In this document: in pieces, positions 1-8,680 of the stretch
How the letters are laid out: each line of letters starts with the position of its first letter
How positions within the stretch are numbered: the stretch's first letter is position 1
NCBI GenBank assembly: GCA_963695225.1
Contig: OY968762.1
Coordinates: forward strand, 1,600,001-1,664,000
From: Vulcanimicrobiota bacterium
GTDB lineage: Bacteria > Vulcanimicrobiota > Vulcanimicrobiia > Vulcanimicrobiales > Vulcanimicrobiaceae
Direction: 5' to 3'
Length of the DNA: 64,000 nucleotides
Notes under the pieces: model-generated
Told to the model about the DNA's origin: nothing
Databases searched by the model: none
What the model saw: only the letters and a program-made list of their open reading frames with translations
Translations under genes and position numbers: made by a program

Positions 1-133
1 CGAGAACGCGCTCGTTGAAGGCGAGCCACGAGAGTTCCCGGCTGAAGTAGAGCGACGGATCGTCCAGCGGAGGAGGCGCGACCGTCAGCGAGGGGTGAAC
101 CCGGGAGGACTCTTGTTCCGACCGAACGAGCAT
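1..133 (-). CDS. ppk1: Polyphosphate kinase 1, 5' fragment (runs off the window edge)
   Basis: Manual translation from ATG at 133: MLVRSEQ...PLDDPSLYFSRELSWLAFNERVL; the YFxRELSWLxFNERVL motif is the conserved PPK1 N-terminus. Confidence 0.85.
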   Translation of the reverse strand, partial: MLVRSEQESSRVHPSLTVAPPPLDDPSLYFSRELSWLAFNERVL

Positions 134-791
134 GACCGGCCTATTCTCTCACGGCGGAGGTGACGAAGAGTTGAGCGGCGGGACCCTCGATTTCGCGATC
201 CATCTGCGCGATCATTTGATCCTCTGTTCGGCGGCGCTCGGGCTGGCGCTCTTTACGGGGTTGCCGCTGGGGTCCTGGTTGCCGCATGCCGGGCGCATTC
301 GCGGCCCCGTCTTGGGAGCGATCGCGACCGCCCGGGTCGTCCCCAGCCTGGCCGTGCTGGCGTTCATGCTCCCTCTGCTCGGCATCGGCTTCGCTCCCGC
401 GCTCGTCGCGCTCGTCCTGCTCGCGCTCCCGCCCATCGTCATCACGACGGATACCGGCCTGGGCACGGTCGCTGCGGCGGTGCGGGAGGCGGCGCGCGGC
501 CTCGGGATGGACGAGCGGGAGATCCGGCGGCGCATCGACTGGCCGCTCGCTCTCCCGATCGTCATCGCCGGCGTACGGACGGCGACGGTCGAGGTGATCG
601 CGAGCGCGACGCTCGCCGCGTTCATCGGGGGCGGCGGGCTCGGCGAGTTCATCGTGAACGGCCTGGCTGCGAACGATCTCGCCGAATTGCTGGAGGGAGC
701 GCTCGGAGTCGCGGCGCTCGCGCTCGCCGCCGAATGGGCTTTGGGGCGCGCGCAAGTCTTGGCGGCTCGCGCGGGGAACCTCGCCCCATGA
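132..791 (+). CDS. Osmoprotectant/quaternary amine ABC transporter permease (true start probably slightly downstream, e.g. TTG 171)
   Basis: Hydrophobic; EAARGLGM EAA loop; LAAFIGGGGLG motif of OpuBB/ProW-type permeases. Confidence 0.85.
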   Translation: MTGLFSHGGGDEELSGGTLDFAIHLRDHLILCSAALGLALFTGLPLGSWLPHAGRIRGPVLGAIATARVVPSLAVLAFMLPLLGIGFAPALVALVLLALPPIVITTDTGLGTVAAAVREAARGLGMDEREIRRRIDWPLALPIVIAGVRTATVEVIASATLAAFIGGGGLGEFIVNGLAANDLAELLEGALGVAALALAAEWALGRAQVLAARAGNLAP

Positions 792-1669
792 ATCGCCGCT
801 CGGCCCTCGCGCTCTTCTCCTCCGTTCCCCTGCTCGCCGCATGCGGCAACAAACCGCGCGAGCGGTTGATCGTCGGCTCGAAGAATTTCACCGAAGAGCT
901 GCTGCTCGGCGAACTCTACGCGCAAGTGCTCGAACACTACGATTTCCGGATCACGCGCAAGCTGAACCTCGGCGGCACTCAGGTAGCGATGGCGGCGATC
1001 CGGCGCGGCGATATCGACGTCTATCCGGAATACACGGGGACGGCGCTGCTTACGCAACTGAAACTGAAGCCGACGGGCGACGCCGCCGCCACGTACCAAA
1101 CGGTGCGCGACGCGTACCAGCGCGACTACAACCTCGTCTGGCTCGATCCGGCGCCGATGAACAACACGCAAGCGCTCGCGACGACTGCGGCGATCGCGGA
1201 GAAGTACGACATCACGACGCTGAGCGATCTCAGCAAGGCTGCGCCGAAGCTGCGGCTCGGCGCGATCCCGGAGTTCACGACGCGCGAAGACGGCTTGCCC
1301 GGGTTACAGAAAGCTTACGGCGGCTTTCAGTTCCGCGAAGTCAAGCTCTTCGACATCGCGCTGAAATACCGCGCGCTCGAGGCCGGGAGCGTCGACGTCG
1401 TCGTCGCGTTCGGGACCGACGGCCAGATCCTGGCGAATTCGCTCGTCGTCTTCGAAGACGACAAGCACTTCTGGCCGGTCTATCAAGCGGCGCCCGTCGT
1501 CCGGGCGGACGCGCTGGAACGCTTCCCCGGCCTTACGACGCACCTCAACGCGGTGAGCGCGCGCTTGACCGATACGACGATGCGGGAGCTGAATTACGCC
1601 ATCGACGGCCAGAAGCAAGAGCCGGCGTCGGTAGCGCACGATTTCCTGACGGGCATCGGATTCGTGTGA
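788..1669 (+). CDS. Glycine betaine/choline-type ABC substrate-binding lipoprotein
   Basis: ATG 788 overlaps the upstream stop; lipobox LLAAC; IVGSKNFTE and DVYPEYTGT motifs of the OpuAC/OpuCC family. Confidence 0.9.
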   Translation: MNRRSALALFSSVPLLAACGNKPRERLIVGSKNFTEELLLGELYAQVLEHYDFRITRKLNLGGTQVAMAAIRRGDIDVYPEYTGTALLTQLKLKPTGDAAATYQTVRDAYQRDYNLVWLDPAPMNNTQALATTAAIAEKYDITTLSDLSKAAPKLRLGAIPEFTTREDGLPGLQKAYGGFQFREVKLFDIALKYRALEAGSVDVVVAFGTDGQILANSLVVFEDDKHFWPVYQAAPVVRADALERFPGLTTHLNAVSARLTDTTMRELNYAIDGQKQEPASVAHDFLTGIGFV

Positions 1670-2616
1670 AAGGCGCGAGCGTCCGGATTCGGGGGCTCGT
1701 GGTCCGCTATTCCCCCGGTGCGATTCCGGCGCTCGACCGCGTCTCGCTCTCCCTCGATCCCGGCGAGTTCGTCGTCGTCCTGGGACCGTCCGGGTGCGGG
1801 AAGAGCACGTTGCTGCGAACGATCAACCGGCTCGTCGAACCCGCTGCGGGGACGATCGAGATCGACGGGCGGAACGTGCGCGACGTCCCGCCGACGGAAT
1901 TGCGGCGCGGGATAGGCTACGTGATCCAAGCGGTCGGGCTCTTCCCACACATGACGGTCGCCGAAAACGTCGCGATCGTGCCGGGATTGCTCGGTTGGAG
2001 CCGGACGGAGACGGCGGCTCGCGTCGACGAACTCCTGGCGCTCGTCTCGCTCGAACCTGCGCGCTATCGCGATCGGCGGCCGGGAGCGCTCTCCGGCGGC
2101 GAGCAACAGCGCGTCGGCGTCGCGCGCTCGCTCGCCGCGCGGCCGCCGCTCCTGTTGATGGACGAACCGTTCGGCGCGGTGGACGCCGTCGTCCGTGCGA
2201 CGTTGCAGGATGAAGTCCGGCGCATCCAGCGCACGCTCGGCACGACGATCCTCTTCGTGACGCACGACGTCGCCGAGGCACTCCGCCTCGCGGACCGGCT
2301 CGTCGTCATGTCGGCGGGGAGCATCGTGCAGGACGCGGCGCCGCTCGCAACGCTCGTCCACCCTGCGACCCCGTACGTGGCCGAGCTCCTCGATGCGGAG
2401 GACGTCTTGCGTCGCGCCGACCTCTTGCCGGCGCGCAGCGCGGCCCGGCAGGGCGGTGCGCCCGGCGAGGCATCGATCGACGCCGGCGTTCCGCTCCGCG
2501 ACGCCCTGAACGCGCTGCTGGCAGGGGCGAACCGCCTTACCGTCATCGAGGAGGGAGTCCCGATCGGGTCGCTCGACTTCGACGATGTCCGCCGCGCCCT
2601 CGGGGAGGGCGCGTGA
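1666..2616 (+). CDS. Osmoprotectant ABC transporter ATP-binding subunit
   Basis: GTG 1666 overlaps the upstream stop; Walker A GPSGCGKS, LSGGEQQ signature, LLMDEPF Walker B, C-terminal CBS-like remnant. Confidence 0.9.
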   Translation: MKGASVRIRGLVVRYSPGAIPALDRVSLSLDPGEFVVVLGPSGCGKSTLLRTINRLVEPAAGTIEIDGRNVRDVPPTELRRGIGYVIQAVGLFPHMTVAENVAIVPGLLGWSRTETAARVDELLALVSLEPARYRDRRPGALSGGEQQRVGVARSLAARPPLLLMDEPFGAVDAVVRATLQDEVRRIQRTLGTTILFVTHDVAEALRLADRLVVMSAGSIVQDAAPLATLVHPATPYVAELLDAEDVLRRADLLPARSAARQGGAPGEASIDAGVPLRDALNALLAGANRLTVIEEGVPIGSLDFDDVRRALGEGA

Positions 2617-3263
2617 ACTACCTGACGACGCACGCCGGCTACGTGTTGCAGCTGCTGGGCGAGCACGTCGCGCTCGCCGGCGGCGCCATCGCGATCGCCG
2701 CCGTCATCGCGCTCCCGCTCGGCGCATTCGCGGCGCGCCGCCCGAAGCTCGGCGGCGCGTTGCTCGGCGTGCTCGGCGTCATCTACACGATCCCGAGTCT
2801 CGCGCTCTTCGCGCTCCTGGTCCCGCTGCTCGGGCTCGGGCTCCCGACGGCGCTGACCACGCTCGTGCTCTACGCGCAGATGATCCTCGTGCGCAACGTC
2901 GTCGCCGGGCTGCGGAGCGTCCCGCCGGAACTGATCGACGCCGCCCGCGGCCTCGGTATGACGGAGGCGCAGAGTTTCCGGCGGATCGAGTTGCCGCAGG
3001 CGCTCCCCGTCATCGCAAGCGGCGTGCGGATCGCCGCCGTCTCTGCGATCGCGCTCGCAAACCTCGCGGCTTGGATCGACGCCGGCGGGCTCGGCGTCCT
3101 CCTCTTTGACGGCCTTCGCACGGACGACAACGCGAAGCTCGCGATCGGTGCGACAGCCTCGGCCTTGCTCGCGATCGGAGCCGACGCGGCGCTGCGCGCC
3201 GCCGAGGAAGCCGCCCGCCGGCATGCCGGCCGCTTCAGCGAGGAAGCGGGCGCGGCTCTCTGA
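2613..3263 (+). CDS. Osmoprotectant ABC transporter permease (second)
   Basis: YTIPSLAL, DAARGLGM and AGGLG motifs; coupled to the ATPase gene. Confidence 0.88.
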   Translation: MNYLTTHAGYVLQLLGEHVALAGGAIAIAAVIALPLGAFAARRPKLGGALLGVLGVIYTIPSLALFALLVPLLGLGLPTALTTLVLYAQMILVRNVVAGLRSVPPELIDAARGLGMTEAQSFRRIELPQALPVIASGVRIAAVSAIALANLAAWIDAGGLGVLLFDGLRTDDNAKLAIGATASALLAIGADAALRAAEEAARRHAGRFSEEAGAAL

Positions 3264-3984
3264 GATGCCGTTCGGCGGCGTGGACGAGCGAGCCGAAGAG
3301 GTGCGCGCTCACGGGATCCTCCGCGATCAACTCGGGGTGCCATTGCACGCAAAAGAAGAACGGGTGCGCGAACGCGGGCTCGAGCGCCTCGATCGTGCCG
3401 TCCGGCGTCCAGGCGGCGCGCAGCCATCCCGGCGCGAGCGCGCGGACCCCCTGGTGATGCAGCGAGTTCGTAGCGAAACGCTCCGCGCCGGCGAGCCGTG
3501 CGAACGCGCTCGCGGGCTCGACTTCGACGACGTGCCCCGGCAAATAGTCTTCGCGCTCGCGGCCGTCTTCCTTGACTTGGTGGTGATGCAGCGTGTAGCG
3601 GGCGCCGTGTTCCGAGGGGAGATCCTCGACGAGCGTCCCTCCGAACGCGACGTTGACGACTTGCAGCCCGCGGCAGATCGCGAGCGTCGGGATCCGATGC
3701 TCCCGGACGGCGCGCGCCAGCGCGATTTCGAAGGCGTCCCGCGCCACGTCCGGCGGGTCCACGCTCGGCAGCCGCGCGCCGCCGTAGAGAGCGGGATCGA
3801 CGTCGCATCCGCCGCTGAAGACGACGCCGCTGCAGCCGGCGAGTTGCCCCTCGAGCTCGGCAAGATCGTTCGATAAGAAGAACGGCTCGCCCCCGGACGC
3901 GCTCACGGCGCGCGCGTAGGTTGCCGCATGCCGCACCGGGGCGCCGTTGCGATAGGTGGTCGTGATTCCGATCGAGACGGGCAT
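3235..3984 (-). CDS. Gamma-glutamyl-gamma-aminobutyrate hydrolase family (peptidase C26, class I glutamine amidotransferase-like)
   Basis: SGGCDVDPALY, nucleophile AICRGLQ, NSLHHQG, VQWHPE. Confidence 0.88.
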   Translation of the reverse strand: MPVSIGITTTYRNGAPVRHAATYARAVSASGGEPFFLSNDLAELEGQLAGCSGVVFSGGCDVDPALYGGARLPSVDPPDVARDAFEIALARAVREHRIPTLAICRGLQVVNVAFGGTLVEDLPSEHGARYTLHHHQVKEDGREREDYLPGHVVEVEPASAFARLAGAERFATNSLHHQGVRALAPGWLRAAWTPDGTIEALEPAFAHPFFFCVQWHPELIAEDPVSAHLFGSLVHAAERHLREPRPLPR

Positions 3985-4027
3985 CGGTCGTTCTTGGCGC
4001 GGGGCCGCGCGCACCCTGCGAGCCGCC

Positions 4028-5050
4028 TTAAGCTCGAACGAGCAGGGCCACGAGGAAGCGCCGGCCGGAGTCCGTCCAGTCTAACGCCAAGCGAAAGCCC
4101 GTCTCGCTCGCGAGCGCGATCACATCTTCCACCGAGAACTTGTACGACGATTCCGTGTGGATCAGCTCGCCCGCCGCGAACGCGTACTCGCGCTCCAGCG
4201 CCTCGACGCGCACCCGTTGCGCGCTACGCGAAACGAGATAGGATTCGACGGCGCCGCGCATCACGTCGTAGCGCGCCGTGAAATCGAAGGCGCGCACGTC
4301 GAAATCGGCGCCGAGTTCGCGGTTGATGCGAGCGAGCAGGTTCTTGTTGAACGCCGCGGTCACGCCGGTCGGGTCGTCGTATGCCGCTTCGTGCACGCGC
4401 GGATCCTTCTTTAAATCGGCCCCGACCAGCAGCGCGTCGCCCGGCTTGAAGGCCGCGGCGATCGCGTGCAACAGGCGCCGCGCCTCGACCGGCGCGTAGT
4501 TGCCGATATTCGATCCGAGAAACAAGACGAGCGCGCGCCGTTCCGGCTCGATGCGCCGTGCCGCGAGGATGTCGAAGTAGTCGCTTGCGTAGGCGCTGAC
4601 CGAGAGGCTTTCGTACGACGCGACCAGGGCCGGTACGCAAGCCGTCAGCGCACCCGGGGAGATATCGATCGGGTGGTACTCGAGCGCGTCTTGCCGGCGC
4701 AAGATCGCTTCGATCAAGAGCCGCGTCTTCTTTCCGCTCCCGCTCCCGAGTTCGATCAGCTCGAGCGGCTCGCCGAGGGCGGCGACGATGTCGTCGGCGT
4801 GCGCCTCGAATATCTCGCGCTCGTTGCGGGTGAGATCGTATTCCGGTAAATGGCAGATCGCCTCGAAGATCGCGGAGCCGAGATCGTCGTAGAAGTATTT
4901 CGGCGAGAGGCGCTTTGGATCGCCGTCCAGGCCGTTGCGGACGTCCTCGGCGAAGGACGTCGCGCGATCGATGCCCGGGGAACGAAAGAGCAGGAAACGC
5001 TCGGCGACCGGCACCAAGTCGCCGCTCCCGGGAATCATCGCGTTCGTCAT
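4028..5050 (-). CDS. egtD: L-histidine N-alpha-methyltransferase (hercynine synthase)
   Basis: PKYFYDDLGS.IFEAIC.LPEY, ELGSGS SAM motif, FLGSNIGN, AYDD..GVTAAFN, IHTESSYKF. Confidence 0.9.
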   Translation of the reverse strand: MTNAMIPGSGDLVPVAERFLLFRSPGIDRATSFAEDVRNGLDGDPKRLSPKYFYDDLGSAIFEAICHLPEYDLTRNEREIFEAHADDIVAALGEPLELIELGSGSGKKTRLLIEAILRRQDALEYHPIDISPGALTACVPALVASYESLSVSAYASDYFDILAARRIEPERRALVLFLGSNIGNYAPVEARRLLHAIAAAFKPGDALLVGADLKKDPRVHEAAYDDPTGVTAAFNKNLLARINRELGADFDVRAFDFTARYDVMRGAVESYLVSRSAQRVRVEALEREYAFAAGELIHTESSYKFSVEDVIALASETGFRLALDWTDSGRRFLVALLVRA

Positions 5051-5102
5051 GTCGGCACCTTTCGTTCCCGGCAAAACCGCTACGGCAAAAGGAGCTAGCG
5101 AA

Positions 5103-5831
5103 GTGCAGAGCCAGGATATCACGATCGAGATCGACGGGAAGCCGATGCCCTGTTATCTGTCCCGCCCCGAGGGTGACGCCCCCGTCCCCGCGGTCATCGT
5201 CCTGCAGGAGATATTCGGCGTCAATGCCGAGGTCCGGCGCATCGGCGACTTGCTTGCGAGCACCGGGTACGCCGCGCTCGCGCCCAACTACTACTACCGC
5301 ACGGACCCGCAGCTCAACGAACCGTACACGCCGGCGGGCATCGCGGCCGGCTTCGCGGCTGCGAGCGCGGTGACGAAGGCCAATCTGCGGCGCGACGTCG
5401 CAGCCGCGATCGACTGGCTCAACGCCCAGCCGTTCGTCTCGCACGGCCGGATCGCGACCTGGGGCTTCTGCTTCGGGGGGAGCGTCGCGTTCGTCACCGC
5501 AACGCTCCCGGGACTCGCCTGCGCGGTCTCGTTCTACGGCTCGCATATCGCCAAGCCGTTGCCGGACGGGGAGCCGCCGGCGCTGGCCGACGCAGGCGAA
5601 CTGCGGGCGCCGATCCTGCTCGCGTTCGGCGGGCAAGACGAATCCATCCCTCCGGCCGCGGTCGCGCGGATCGCGGACGCGCTTTCCGCCGCGAAGAAGC
5701 CGTTCGATATCCAGATCTACCCGAACGTCGGGCACGCGTTCTTCCGTTCCGGCAGCGAGAACATGAGCGCCGAAGAGGTCGCGGATGCTTGGGATCGCGT
5801 CCAAGCATTCTTGCAGCGGCACTTCGCCTGA
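5103..5831 (+). CDS. Dienelactone hydrolase family protein
   Basis: LQEIFGVN, nucleophile GFCFGG, GHAF; GTG start after GGAG. Confidence 0.9.
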   Translation: MQSQDITIEIDGKPMPCYLSRPEGDAPVPAVIVLQEIFGVNAEVRRIGDLLASTGYAALAPNYYYRTDPQLNEPYTPAGIAAGFAAASAVTKANLRRDVAAAIDWLNAQPFVSHGRIATWGFCFGGSVAFVTATLPGLACAVSFYGSHIAKPLPDGEPPALADAGELRAPILLAFGGQDESIPPAAVARIADALSAAKKPFDIQIYPNVGHAFFRSGSENMSAEEVADAWDRVQAFLQRHFA

Positions 5832-5843
5832 CGCTCGGGCGGA

Positions 5844-6533
5844 TCAGGGCGAGCGGGCGGGCACCCCGCTCGCGTCGCGCTCGATGCGCGACCAGCGGTC
5901 GTAGATGTCCGCGATGTAATCACGGGTTTCAGGATACGGGGGCACGCCGCGATACCGCGCGACCGCGCCGGGACCCGCATTGTAGGCGGCGAGCGCCGCC
6001 GCATACGGATCGGCGTAGAGCGGCTCGTAGCCGCCGACGTAGCGCGCGAGCAAGCGGCCGGAGCCCGCCATCGCGGAGTGCCAGTCGAATGGATCGACGC
6101 CTTCGAGCGCCGCCGTCCCGAGCGTGAACTGAGCGATCCCAACCGCTCCTGCGCTCGAGATCGCGCCCGGATCGAAGGCCGACTCTTGGAGGAGCGTCGC
6201 GCAGAAGAATCCATACGGCAGGCCCTCCCGGCGTGCCACCGAGATCGCGTGCGCCGCGAGTTCCAATGCGTCCGTGGGCCCGATCCGCCGATTCGAGCGC
6301 ATGATCGAGCGCGCGACCGCCGTCACGGGCGGCGCAGGCGCGGGGGCGTCCAGGATGAAGCGCCCGCCCGCGAGGCCGCTCCGCGGCGGCACTCCGGGGC
6401 GCACCGCGACCGCTTGGCGCAAAGGTTCGACGCGGACGCCCGCGACAAGTTCGGCGACGGTCAGATCGTCCGGGCCGGGCGGCTCCGGAGCACCGCATGC
6501 GGCGAGCGCAACCAGCAGGAATGCCGGAAGCAT
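5844..6533 (-). CDS. Lytic transglycosylase (SLT domain) lipoprotein
   Basis: Lipobox LAAC; QESAF, SSAGAVGIAQF, LAAYNAGPGAV, PPYPETRDY. Confidence 0.88.
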   Translation of the reverse strand: MLPAFLLVALAACGAPEPPGPDDLTVAELVAGVRVEPLRQAVAVRPGVPPRSGLAGGRFILDAPAPAPPVTAVARSIMRSNRRIGPTDALELAAHAISVARREGLPYGFFCATLLQESAFDPGAISSAGAVGIAQFTLGTAALEGVDPFDWHSAMAGSGRLLARYVGGYEPLYADPYAAALAAYNAGPGAVARYRGVPPYPETRDYIADIYDRWSRIERDASGVPARSP

Positions 6534-6671
6534 CGCACGGGCGAGCCGAACGGCCGTCTCGGCGGCGCGGGCGCGCGGAAGGTGACTGCGACGGGGCGGA
6601 GCAATTCGCGATGGTAGCTCTTCCCGAGAGAGGATTGTCAATGTGCGCTCGGTTGAAGCGGTAAAGGCGCG

Positions 6672-7217
6672 TTGCTGACGTTTTTCGTAGCGCTGGGAAT
6701 CGTTCTGGTCGTGGGCGACTTCGGCTCCACCTTCTTCTACCATGTTCCGCAGCACGTCTGGGGGAAGCTCCACCTTCGCACGCATCACGACCGTAGCCGC
6801 TCGTACTGGGATCACGCGGTCCTCTCCCGCAGTCCCGCCGTCCTGCTGGACGGTTTCCTCGGCGCGCTTCCGTATCTCGCCGTCGCGGCGCTCGCTTGGC
6901 AACTCTCCCCGGCCGGTGCGATCGCGGGTCTCGCGCTCGGCCAACTCCACGTGTGGTGGCGCCACACGAGCGAACTCGGCTGGTCTACGCCGGCCCCCGT
7001 CGTCCGCGTCGCACGCGCCCTGGGGCTCGTGCTCCCCGAAGACCATAACGGACACCATTTGAACCCCGAGGTCGAATTCGGCGACCTCTTTCGCTTCTAC
7101 GATGCACCCGCACGAGCGGTGATTGCCAAGGCGCGCGGCGAAATCCGGCGCCGCCGGCACGTCATCAGACGGCTCGAGCGGCGGCGCGCTCTGCGCGGCG
7201 CCGGCGGCACGCAGTAG
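6672..7217 (+). CDS. Sterol desaturase/fatty acid hydroxylase-like membrane protein
   Basis: His boxes YHVPQH, HLRTHH, HVWWRH, HNGHH with hydrophobic segments. Confidence 0.65.
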   Translation: MLTFFVALGIVLVVGDFGSTFFYHVPQHVWGKLHLRTHHDRSRSYWDHAVLSRSPAVLLDGFLGALPYLAVAALAWQLSPAGAIAGLALGQLHVWWRHTSELGWSTPAPVVRVARALGLVLPEDHNGHHLNPEVEFGDLFRFYDAPARAVIAKARGEIRRRRHVIRRLERRRALRGAGGTQ

Positions 7218-7236
7218 CAAGAGTGGGCAACGAAGG

Positions 7237-8436
7237 TTGATCGACAAACGCATCCTCTTCCTGATCTCGGACACGGGCGGCGGACATCGCAGCGCGGCGA
7301 AGGCGATCACTGCGGCACTCGACGAGATCCGATCCACGCCCGAAGGCGACCCGATCCATTTCGAACACCGGGTCGACGACGTCGCCGCGCATTGCACGTT
7401 CCCGCTCTCGCAACTCGGCCCCGCATATAGCGCGGCGTTGCGCTTCGCGCCCCCGATTTACGGTGCGCTCTTCCACGCGACGAACGGCCGCCGGCGCTTC
7501 AGGAGCGTCGTGCGCTTCTGCGAACCGCTCTACCGGGAGCGTCTGCGCGAGTTGTTCATCGCCTACCAGCCCGACGTGATCGTCTCCGTCCACCCGCTCC
7601 TCAACCACGCCGCGCTGCGCGCGCGCGCCGATGCCCGGATCGCAGCCCCCGTCATCACGGTGATCACGGACCTCGGACGCGTCCACGAAGGCTGGCTGAT
7701 CCCCGAGGCGGACGCCGTCGTCGTCCCCGCCCGCGAAGTCTACCAGCGCGCCGTCCAGCGCGGCGTCCCCGAAGAACGTTTGCGGCTGCTCGGGCACCCG
7801 ATCCACCCGAAATTCGAGGACGTCACCGCGCACAAGCCGGAACTGCGGCGCAAGCTCGGGCTCCCGATCGACAAAACGATCGCGCTTCTGATGGCCGGGG
7901 GCGAGGGCGGCGGAAAACTGCTGCCGACGACGCTCGCGATCGCGAAATCGAAGCTGCCGCTCCATTTGATCGTCGTCACCGGGCGCAACGCGCCGCTGCG
8001 CGCGAAGCTCGAGGAGATGGCGCCGTCGTTGCGGATGCCGATGACGATCCTCGGCTTCCGCGAAGACGTCCCGGAACTGATGCGCGCGTCGGACCTTCTG
8101 GTCACGAAGGCGGGACCCGGAACGATCGCCGAGGCGAGCGTCGCCGAGTTGCCGGTCGTCGTCTACGATTTCGTCCCGGGCCAGGAGGAAGGGAACCTCG
8201 ACTACGTGCGCGCGAACGGCATCGGCGTCGTTTCGCTCAGCACGCCGGAAGTCGTGCGTTCGATACGCCGGCTCGTCTCGAACTTCGAGCGTCTGCAAAC
8301 GATGCGGGTCCAGCAGAGCAAAGTCGCCCCGCGGGGCAGTTCGCGCCGGATCGCGCATCTGATCGCCAACATGGCCTTGACCGGGACGATCGACGAAGTC
8401 CCGCGTCCGCGCCCCCGAGTCACCGCCGCAGTCTAA
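7237..8436 (+). CDS. MGDG-synthase/UgtP-like diacylglycerol glycosyltransferase (GT28)
   Basis: SDTGGGHRSAA, PDVIVSVHP, VITD, LMAGGEG, VTKAGPGTIAEA, PGQEEGN. Confidence 0.85.
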   Translation: MIDKRILFLISDTGGGHRSAAKAITAALDEIRSTPEGDPIHFEHRVDDVAAHCTFPLSQLGPAYSAALRFAPPIYGALFHATNGRRRFRSVVRFCEPLYRERLRELFIAYQPDVIVSVHPLLNHAALRARADARIAAPVITVITDLGRVHEGWLIPEADAVVVPAREVYQRAVQRGVPEERLRLLGHPIHPKFEDVTAHKPELRRKLGLPIDKTIALLMAGGEGGGKLLPTTLAIAKSKLPLHLIVVTGRNAPLRAKLEEMAPSLRMPMTILGFREDVPELMRASDLLVTKAGPGTIAEASVAELPVVVYDFVPGQEEGNLDYVRANGIGVVSLSTPEVVRSIRRLVSNFERLQTMRVQQSKVAPRGSSRRIAHLIANMALTGTIDEVPRPRPRVTAAV

Positions 8437-8494
8437 CCGCGCACGAGCGCAGTCACCCCCGACGAGTCCACCATGGGCGGGCGGTACGCAGGTA

Positions 8495-8645
8495 GCGTCC
8501 GGAGCGGGGCGGGGTTTCTCCGCGGGGAGTACAGCTTGCCCGCGGAGCCACGATGGCGGGAGCGGGCAAGTGGACTAGTAGCCGTTTCGCATGGATGCGA
8601 AACGGCGGGCGTCCCCGCGGGGGAACCCCGCCCCGCTCCGGACGC
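8495..8645 (+). other. Highly structured intergenic element (34-bp closing stem enclosing two hairpins); candidate ncRNA or REP/MITE-like element
   Basis: 8495-8528 pairs with 8612-8645 (32 Watson-Crick + 2 G-U pairs on the + strand); inner hairpins 8535-8570 and 8581-8606. Confidence 0.6.
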
Positions 8646-8680
8646 GGGCCACGCGAAAAGCCCACCCTGCGGCAGGCGAG

